From assembly GCA_027923505.1 (NCBI GenBank), contig BROI01000008.1, positions 310,001 through 374,000 of the forward strand: 64,000 nucleotides of DNA. Reading direction: 5' to 3'. This DNA is from Mayamaea pseudoterrestris (lineage: Eukaryota). The notes beneath the pieces were generated by a model. The model ran no database searches. It was not told the origin of the DNA and saw only the letters and a list, made by a program, of their open reading frames with translations. This document shows positions 51,803-61,270 of the stretch, in pieces; position 1 is the first letter of the stretch, and each line of letters starts with the position of its first letter. The position numbers and the translations under genes were made by a program.

Positions 51803-53626
51803 TCAAGCATCGTCGCTTTTGGACGGCGACAATTCAGGCGAGATGCCCATTAAACGGATTAAGTCCTCTATTTCCGCATCCACTTCAGACCTCTTGTGCT
51901 CGACGCCATCGGGGGCCGAAGATGCTGGTGAATTACTCGCTGCAATCATCTTCTTCCTTCCTGTTAAAGATTCAAGTTCATCCATTATGAGCCTTTCATC
52001 GAATGTCGTGTCATCGTCATCGTCTGATCCAAAAGCATCCATAATGCCCTCAAAATTCCCTTCCATGAGGTCATCAACGACACGCCGTGTTGCTTGAATG
52101 ACTTTTCTAAGTTTTACGGCCAGCCATTGGCGCGCAGCTTCGACACTTGCTCTGTTCCCAGCATCATCTCGTATCCGCTCTACTGCCTTGGTACGAGCCG
52201 CAGTGACAGTTCTGCGAATAAGCTCCAATCCCATCTTTGTGCGCTTAATAATGATTCGCGTTCCTTGTCTCATCAGTACTTCTCGAATTGATGTTCCGGC
52301 ACCAACATCAAGTTCTTCGGGAGCATCGACTCCTTCAAAGAATTTGTCAATGTCGTCAAGACCGTCCACAAACTCGTTCGTAGGCTTAATTGAAAGTGGT
52401 AAGTTGCTGGTCTTGTCTTCGAAGACCTTCTCGAATGCAGCATTAACGAGTTGTGCTGCTTCAATCTGAGGGTCCGAAAAGATGTGATCGGTCTTGTTGT
52501 TAAGAATGTCATATTGGAAAAAAGTGAACAGCAAAGAAACATTAAGCGGCGCTTTCCGCCGACTAGTTCCCCAAATTGCACAGTATGGTTGCTGAAGTGG
52601 TTCTTTTGCTAACAAATTTGTCGTACGTTCAACCTCGGTCGGCTCTGTAATTTCATCGTCAGTCGTTTTAAAATCGTTTTCCGTCGACGCTTCCTTTAGT
52701 TCGACGGTTGCCGGTGCACCTGCTGACTCCGCACTCGACTCAGACAACACACTCGTCTCTTGTAGAGACATTCGGTTTAGCATGACTTCCTTTTTGGAGT
52801 TGCCAAATAATTCACCGCCAATGGCAAAGGATACGGGTTCTGATGTGACTGGCGGCTGAGAGCTGCCAATAAATTCGTCATACTGAACCGCATCTTCATC
52901 TATATGTTCAATTTGAACATCATCCAGCTCTCTTGGCTCGTTTTCAACTTGGCTTTCAGTTTCAACTTTTGTCGTTCCTGGATGAAGATTGTCAGTTAAA
53001 TCACTCTCCTTGAAAGCAACGCCCGACGCCGTGTCACTGGCAACGCAGCTGTGCGTAAATGCATCGACTTGTGCACAGAGACCATCATCATCATCATCGA
53101 TTAGTTCGAACTGTTCACCGTGCAATATAAGCTCGTCTTCTGGTTCGATAATGTCTTTCCTTGCAAAATCGCCCATGTCGACTAATGCGGTATGCGATGT
53201 TGCAGTAGCCATCATTGCATTGACAGCAAATGGCTCGTTTCTTTCTGCTGCTTCGTGATTGTGATTCATTGATTCAGGATTAAAAATTTTTGCTTCGTCA
53301 TATGATATTGAATCATATGATATTGGTTCGGTGACTGATAATTCGTCATTCTTGTCTGTCGAAAAAGTGCCATCACCAACTTGGTCCTTTTGGTCATCCA
53401 AGACCAGCAGTTGCAGCTCACTCGATACAATGCCATGACCCGCCATGCCATCGTAACCGTCTTCGGTAACCATGATGTCAATATCTTCGAAAGATATCGA
53501 CAGATCTTGGCATTGGGTGCCAATGAAACAAAAAACGAACAAGTAAGCATAAGTGGAGAAGAAATTTCTCGGTCGGCAAGGAGGGATAGCAGCCACAATC
53601 CAGAGTGTGCGGGACATTTGGCTCAC
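51803..53626 (-). CDS. Uncharacterised acidic protein with hydrophobic N-terminal segment
   Basis: 607-codon ORF (ORF-track start is non-ATG; first ATG at 53617 region uncertain). Low-complexity acidic body, ordered-looking block 'FVDGLDDIDKFFEGVDAPEELDVGAG.SIREVL'. Confidence 0.6.
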   Translation of the reverse strand: MSQMSRTLWIVAAIPPCRPRNFFSTYAYLFVFCFIGTQCQDLSISFEDIDIMVTEDGYDGMAGHGIVSSELQLLVLDDQKDQVGDGTFSTDKNDELSVTEPISYDSISYDEAKIFNPESMNHNHEAAERNEPFAVNAMMATATSHTALVDMGDFARKDIIEPEDELILHGEQFELIDDDDDGLCAQVDAFTHSCVASDTASGVAFKESDLTDNLHPGTTKVETESQVENEPRELDDVQIEHIDEDAVQYDEFIGSSQPPVTSEPVSFAIGGELFGNSKKEVMLNRMSLQETSVLSESSAESAGAPATVELKEASTENDFKTTDDEITEPTEVERTTNLLAKEPLQQPYCAIWGTSRRKAPLNVSLLFTFFQYDILNNKTDHIFSDPQIEAAQLVNAAFEKVFEDKTSNLPLSIKPTNEFVDGLDDIDKFFEGVDAPEELDVGAGTSIREVLMRQGTRIIIKRTKMGLELIRRTVTAARTKAVERIRDDAGNRASVEAARQWLAVKLRKVIQATRRVVDDLMEGNFEGIMDAFGSDDDDDTTFDERLIMDELESLTGRKKMIAASNSPASSAPDGVEHKRSEVDAEIEDLIRLMGISPELSPSKSDDA

Positions 53627-53949
53627 AGTAACACAGCAGTCTCAAGGCGATGATATTTGTTCAGAAGTGATGTGTGACAGTAGATATAGATGGGAAAGGC
53701 AGCAAGCTCCACACTTCATGATCCAGAAGAAGTGATGAAGCTTTCACACAGCAAATCCACGAACAAGCGTCGACTCACTTGTACTCTTTGGGTCACACCA
53801 GGATTTTGATGTTTGAAAACGAAGCTGGGGCAATTGGAACTCAAATGAAAACACGACACGAGCAATGAAAACCCATGTCGCAGAAAATCTTCGGGGGATC
53901 CGCGCCGCGACGATGATAGCCTCAACCATCACAGATCAGCACCGTCACC

Positions 53950-56900
53950 ATGAGCAGCTCACTTTCGGCTACAGCCGAATCAGTAGCGAGATCTGCCTCG
54001 GGCGAGCGCTCCCTTGATGTGGCTTCAGCGTTAAGGGAGGCGAGGGCTCGTGGTCTTCCAGATGGATGGAGTGTTAGCATTGATGTAAGCTTGAGTTTGG
54101 TCTCATGGTTGATCGCCGAGCGAGATGTGTCGTGACGCGATGCGTTTTTGTAGCAGTATGCGAGTGCTGCACCTACATACTCAGCTCATTTGTTTCTTAC
54201 TATTGGTACAGAAACGTAACCGGAGAAAATGGACAGCACCAAATGGCAGATCTTGCGACTCGATTCCCAAGGCCCTCGCCATGTCCGTCGAACTAGGTTT
54301 GCTTCCACCCGACACTGTCATTATTTCCGGCAAGAACAAGAAGCGCAAGGAAATATCCAGTCCAACTGTGACTGCTACATCACCTTCATCAAATAGTCAC
54401 CTGCCCGCCCTCTTACAGGCAGCGGCAGTTGCTAATGCTCAGCCACCGTTTGCTCCGCCGCCAGAGGGAGTTGGCAGCAGTTCTTCGCCTACGACAAGAA
54501 TAACGACGACGCTCGATATATCACGCTCAGGTGTGTCGATGGCGAAAAGTGATGTATTTACCGAGTCTCGCGATGAGCCTGTGCGGAAGCCAAGAGATCG
54601 TCGCCTTGTCAACACCAAGCCGCCCGCCCGAAGAAAACCCGTTAAGTCTACCAGAGCTGTACCGACTAGAGCTCATTCATCAGCAGGCGCCGCAAGTATC
54701 AGGAAACCGAATGTTGCTATTGCTCTCGACGCGAGCGAAGACGATGACGAAGAGGGAGCGACTGCAGTCCCATTGGAACCAATGAACCCGGAGACAGCTC
54801 TGGATCCAAGTAAGCACGTTAAAGCCCCGCCGCTTACGGTGCACTATGATCCTTATGATCGGGACGGGTCCAAGGTGGGCTGGAAAGTCCGGGTACAACT
54901 GAAGAGTGCAGGGAGCGCAGGGGGTGCTGCAACGGCATCAAGCGGTCATAGCATGGAGGATGACGGAAGGAGTACCTGGTTGGAAGGCCGCGTCATGCGG
55001 TATGATCCGTACTACCACAAGCACAAAATTGAATTCACAACTCCAGTTAATATAGCAAGTAACAATAAGCGTCAGAAGCAGATGTCGAGTGTCTGGATTT
55101 GGCTACGGAACCAGGAGCATAGTATACGTTTGGCCACCAGGATTGTGTGGGCACACGTCAAGGGGTACGCTTGGTGGCCTGCAATGGTCATCGAATCAAA
55201 CGATGAGGAAGACCAGCGACCCGGGAGCGTTCACGTGGAATTTTTCGGGAGCGATGAAGTCGCTTGGCTGAAGGATACGCCAGAAACGGTTCGATCCTTT
55301 TCGCCCGATGAGGTTGACCCGGTCGTGGCCAAACATAAGAAGAAACGGAACGCTAAGGCGTTTGACTTAGCATGCGAGGAATACGCAAAAATTCGCGAGA
55401 TCAGGAACCAAGCTGTTGTATTTTATGCAGAGCAAGCAATTGAGCTAGCACGGCGAGCCGGCAAAAAACCATTCGTGGCCAAGCGCATACAGCTTCATCG
55501 TCACGATGTCAATTACCCGTATGGCGAGTTTCTAAGTGCTAAGGTACGAACCTTTAGTCCGGCGCAAAAGAAGTGGCTTGTCAGTTTTGAATTTTCCGAA
55601 AAATCAAAAGCGAAATACGATGCTTGCTGGATCAATTTGTTGGGAAAGGATGTAAGCAATTTGCATGTAATGAACAAATCTCATGAATTGACTGTGGAAG
55701 ACCTCGTCCCTTTCGTACCCTTTTATGAACTGGCAAGCGCCAGCGATTTTAAAGCAGAACCTCCGGATAGTAATGAACTTGCCGCTTTGCTTCAAGAAAC
55801 TTGTCGGGGATGTGTCGAGTACTGGAAAACGAGTGAAATTCGTGTAGGTTGTGACGAATGCGACGCCGAGTGGCACTTAGGATGCTTTGACCCGCCCCTT
55901 TCTTTGGAAGCATGGCAAAAGCTTGTTAAGGATGGAAGCTCCATCGTTTGTTCCCGATGCACTCCTTGTCGAGGTTGCTACCAGAAGGACATTGTGTTTG
56001 GATGCCATCCGCAACCGAAGCCTCCAACTCTATCTTTTCCGCGGGACGAGACGCTCGACCTTTGCTTCTCGTGCATCCGGGCCTATTCTGATACCGAATA
56101 TTGCAGCAACTGCGCTCATACTTACAACGCTGATAAATTGGACAAGGTTACCACGCAACTTGAAGCGTTGGACAGAAGGCGGAAAATAGACGGCGTGATA
56201 TGCGACTCGCAAATACCCTTGGCACTCAAATCGTTCGATGGCGATGATATTTTTCCACCCGGGGCTAAAGTTGATCCATCGTATTACTATCCAGAGACGC
56301 CGGAGTGGGGTTATGGCGAAAAGGACATGCTTGTTTGCGATACTTGCGACATATGGATTCATGGGGGCTGCGCTGGGATTAGTGAAGACGAATATGACGA
56401 AATATCAGACGGAAAGCACCCTGTCTTTAGCAAAGAGTTTCTTTGTCGTGCGTGCTGTCGCCAGCGGTGCAAAGAAATCATTGATGCGCTGATGGGAAAA
56501 GATTCGCATTCCCTCTTTACATCACCCGTTACGGAGCAGGTCGCGCCTATGTATTTCGATGTTATCAAGGCACCGATGGATCTTGAAATGATGAGTGAGA
56601 AGGCCAAAAATAATGATTACCTCCATTATGCTTGGGTTCGCGAAGATTTTGAACTTATGGTTCTGAATGCACTGATCTATAATCGATACTATACTTCGAC
56701 ATGGAAGGAAGCCCAGCGCTACTACACGGACTGCCTGAAGACCGTTTTTATGTCTGTGGGCAAAGCAGCGCCGCCAAGCAAACACGCTTCCGCTATAGAA
56801 GAAGAGTTTCGGCAAGCGAATGAGGCTAAAAAGAACGAAGAAATTCGCATCCAAATTGACGAGTCCGTCGAGAAGAAGGACTTAGTTGCAGGTACAGATG

Positions 56901-59900
56901 CTGTCACAATGGTGCTACCGAAATTGCGTGATTCCCCTCCTGATCAGTCGTCATGCATTCCTTTCACGGAAGTTAAGCTGCGGCTTTCCGATGCGTTTTA
57001 CTGCTCTTGGATGGACTGCTGCTATACGTGCGGAAGCTCGGGAGCCATGGACTGCTTCATATTTTGTTGCGAATGCGGGGAAACGTTTCACAGTTTCTGT
57101 GTCAATGCGCCCATTCACAACATGGATATTTATAGCTTTAACGCGTGGCGCTGTCCCAGTTGTAAGGTCTGTGAGATCAGCGGACAGGTTCCTGCGGAGG
57201 AAACGAGCATGCTGTTCTGTGAAATGTGCGATCGCGCCTTCACCCTCCATCTATTAGACCCGCCGCTAAAAAATGCTCCTCCAGGACTATGGATATGTGG
57301 GCAATGCGTCGATTGCAAGGTATGTTCCAACATGTCGGAGCCTGGCGGTGTTCGATTAACTCATTGGTCCTGTGATCCAGGCCGATGCTTTAGATGCGGT
57401 GGTTGCGATGATGTGGAATGTGGCCCCGCTTCGCAGTGCATAGTGTGTTCGAAATTTTACAGAGCGACCGATACTGATATTATAAGATGCAGTTCCTGTA
57501 CGAGACGTGTCCATTCAACCTGCGGTGGCTTATTCGTAAGTTTTTTATTTGAAACGCGAAATGTCACTTTAAAACAATTGTCTCATAAAATTTTGTATGT
57601 ACAGGCAAATGTTGGTTTTCATTGCCACTCATGCCGCCCGATCAACGACACTTTTGGTGCCCATGATTATAATGCAGCTGATCACAGAGCACTATCCGAA
57701 ATGGCTTTGACGGCGACGGAGAGTTTGAATGGATTGGTTGGGGAAGAGCTTGCACCGTATGAACTGCATTCAAAGATTATGGACGCAATTGCTTGGACTT
57801 CTCGTGATATGTGCCGCGACTCGTACAAAACCATCTTACGCGAAGGCCTCCGCGCTGTAGCTGTCGCAAAGGCTACGTACGGGGATGCACGAATTCTTCT
57901 GCAGCACGCCATTGGTCAGAACCAAGAGATTCCCACATGGGTAACTCAACGAGCGTATCGCTTCATTCTAGTCGCCCGGCGTTCCAATTGGTCGTTTGAA
58001 GGCACTCTTGAGGATAAAATCGAGTCTATTGTTTATGGAGCCAAACTAGCGACTTCTTTTTTGACTGTTGCAAGGTCAATCATGTTGTTCAATGTCACCG
58101 AAAAAATGCCCTCCAACAAGTGCTTTGCCTCGCTAGCTAGGGCTCCCGATGAATGTGGTTTGTTTGCACTACCCTTAAACTCGGTATGGCATGGGGCCGA
58201 CGTTAAACCATTGATTTTTCGTCCAACTGCTCACGCCACTGATATGAGGCAGCAAGTGGCTGGTGCTGTTGTTTCAGCGTCGCCGCTGTGTGGATGGTCC
58301 AAGGATAGAACGTTTGAGGCCGTGTGTGCTTGGAAAGACCCGAGAGCTTGCGTTCTTTGCGGGTTGCCGGGTGATGATGATGCCGGCTGCGAAGTGATAG
58401 ACGAATCTTATGTTGGCGAAGCCAAGCTGGGTCGGCTACTACCGTTCAATGGCGGTTTGTTTGTGCATAGCGGTAGGGGCACTCGAGCTGCTTTCATGTT
58501 GTTTGTCCCTTTGTAATTTCTGATTATATATCTCTTGTCGCAGGTTGCGCATTGTGGAGCAGTGAGACATGGGAAGACCCACATGATGGTCTCGTTTATG
58601 GGGTTGAAAAAGCGAGATCCCGCGGATCACAATTAAAGTGTTTTGGTTGTGGTCGCCAAGGTACGTCCAGCTATAGACGCTTCGACTGCTAGCTCATTTC
58701 CTCATGTTGAGATCTTAAAATTTCGCAGGAGCCACAGTTGGTTGCAGCAAAGGCAATTGCCTATACAATTACCACTTTCCATGTGCAAAGGCATGTGGTG
58801 GCGCTTTTACGTCAGACCAACATCTTTACTGTAGGAACCACAAGGCTGACACAATCAACGATCTGGAACAAGCGCACCATGAGCCCATGAAAGCGTTGAT
58901 GATTGCGGCGGGGGGAAAAGGGGCAGCGGCAGAGAAAGCACCCGATGACGATGCTGCTGACGGGGATCTTTGTGTTCGCGTGGGAGCGCTAGTTTTACAC
59001 TCTATGGGCGAGATTCAGACTGATTGCGCTGGCTTTCACTCGGAGCATTATATAACCCCGCCCGGTTATGTTGCGACTAGGATCTTTTGGTCTACCGTTC
59101 GTCCTAAGAAACGCACCGTTTATGTTGTCAAAATCGAACGTTCAAGTACAGATGAACCGCTGTTCACGATACTCGCAGGCGATGATAGATCATTGAAAAT
59201 TTTCTCGAATAATGTCGCCGACGCTTATGAGACGCTGATGGCCAAGGTACGAAGAGTCAACGCTGATCATTTCAATACTCGGGAAGATCTTACGTCGAAG
59301 CTTCCCGTTTTGCGCCGCTCTCGACGCAAAGCGCATGGTTTAAATGGTCCCCAGGTGAGTTTATGACATTCCTCAGTTACGCCTCCCTCTAGAATTGTTT
59401 TTAAACACGATCGTATTTTTGTTATTTACAGTTTTTTGGTTTTGGTCTCGATTTTGTACGGCAAAAATTGGAAACAGCACCTAATGTCGAAGCGGTAATT
59501 GCCCCGCTGGCACCTTTCGAACCTCTTTATCGGTTTTGTTTTGTGCTCCCATCGATTGAGCTTGTGCAAGACTTGCAGCGCAGGCGTGCTGCCGCCAAGG
59601 CCGAACGTGCTCTTGAGAACGCCAGTGGATGTGCGCGGACAGAAGGAATGCAGGCGGTCAAGTCTAGCGGCGGCAGCGGACGAATAACGCGAGCTCTCGT
59701 CCGCAACGCCGACGACGATACAGAATCAGGCTCGCTCGCGAACAACGGCGACGAGGCGAAAGCAAGGATAGATCGAAACTTGATCAATGCCAGATACAGG
59801 CGGATGATCACAATTCCAATCGAACAACGGCTTGTCGCACGTCGGTCGCACATTCATGGATGGGGATTGTTCACCAAAACGGACATTGCCGCTGACCATC

Positions 59901-60342
59901 CAATAGTCGAATACATGGGTGAAGTCATTCGACAGCCTGTTGCTGATAGGAGGGAAAAGGCTTACGAGGTATCGGGCGAAGGAAGTTGCTACATGTTTCG
60001 GCTGGATATGCAAAGAATTGTCGATGCCACCAAAACGGGATGTCTCGCTCGATTCATGAACCATAGTTGCCAGCCAAACGCATACGCAAAGATTGTGTTG
60101 GTCGACACTGAGACTGGTCAAGAGAAAAAGATACTTGTGTTTGCAAACAAAGATATCTCCTTAGGCGAGGAGGTCACTTATGGTAGGTTCCTAAACTGGG
60201 TCTTTTGATGTTACTCTCCTTTGTTTGCCCTCCTATCTCACCCGAAGCAACCGAGTTACTCCCAGACTACAAATTTCCAGTGGAAGACGGAAGTTTGCGA
60301 TGTACATGCGGTGCTGCCAATTGTATTGGGAGATTGAACTAG
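53950..60342 (+). CDS. Trithorax/MLL-like histone H3K4 methyltransferase (MBD-like, PWWP, PHDs, bromodomain, ePHD, FYRN/FYRC, SET, post-SET); introns 54085-54211, 57536-57604, 58473-58543, 58661-58728, 59355-59431, 60183-60265
   Basis: 'VWAHVKGYAWWPA', PHD Cys/His patterns, 'YFDVIKAPMDL..NALIYN', 'CALWSSE', 'SGCARTEG', 'SHIHGWGLF', 'ARFMNHSCQPN' and 'TY|DYKF..CTCGAANC'. All six GT-AG junctions keep the frame. Confidence 0.9.
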
Positions 60343-60400
60343 CAGCCACTACCACGAGCTCGTACGTCGTATATGTACTACATTGATGCAGTGTTAATGT

Positions 60401-61018
60401 TTAAGCTTTAAAGTTTTTTATAATGCGATTCTCCTCTCTTTTGGCGTCCCTCGCTTGAATAGAGGCTCGCTTGTCTCTGGTATTCTTGCCCCTGCACAGA
60501 GCGATCTGTACCTTGAGCTTGTTTTCTCTAAAATATGCTTTAATCGGTACAATCGTCATGCCTGGCATTGTCTCAGTCCGCTGCGCGAGCTTGCGCGCTT
60601 CCTGTTTGTGTAGCAGCAAATTACGCACTCTCTTTTCCTCATGCTGGAAATATGCGCCTGCATTCTTAAACTTTGCAATATGTACATTGTGAAGCGTTGA
60701 TTGCCCAAACTTGTTGCATTTAATGTATCCGTCTCTTAGATTCATGCTGCCTTTCATCCGGATTGACTTTATTTCAGTGCCAAGTAAAGAGACACCTGCT
60801 TCAATCGTTTCCAGAAGCTCATAGTTTCTGTAAGCCAGTCGATTAATTGATATATTACCATCATTAGGTTTCTTTTTCTTTTTCGACTTTGCGAAAAGTG
60901 ACTGCGTACATCGACGTGACTTAGTATAAAATCCGCATGAAAACGTTGAGGCCACTTGAACGCAGGCTGATATAATGGCTATAAGAAGTAAAGCCTTAGC
61001 TGTCAATTTGACATACAT
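60401..61018 (-). CDS. smpB: SsrA-binding protein SmpB, plastid-targeted
   Basis: 'NRLAYRNY..EAGVSLLGTEIKSIR', 'R.LLLHKQE' and 'GKNTRDKR'. Presequence 'AST-F'. Confidence 0.93.
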   Translation of the reverse strand: MYVKLTAKALLLIAIISACVQVASTFSCGFYTKSRRCTQSLFAKSKKKKKPNDGNISINRLAYRNYELLETIEAGVSLLGTEIKSIRMKGSMNLRDGYIKCNKFGQSTLHNVHIAKFKNAGAYFQHEEKRVRNLLLHKQEARKLAQRTETMPGMTIVPIKAYFRENKLKVQIALCRGKNTRDKRASIQARDAKREENRIIKNFKA

Positions 61019-61270
61019 GATATACAGCACGCTAAAAAGTGTCGATAATATGGCACAAAAGAGCAGCTCTCGTGGTCGCAGAATGCGATGATCCAAGGAT
61101 TGCCTTGTTTGTGACTACAGATGGGGCTAACGATACGACGCCAATTCGTCCCATCGGTACCGTACTCTATCCCATCGATCGCTTGCAAAAAGGTTATCGC
61201 TATCCGTCTACCGGTAGTACATCGTCTGTATGATATATATGTACAGGTAAGGCGACTAGACGTCTAACAA

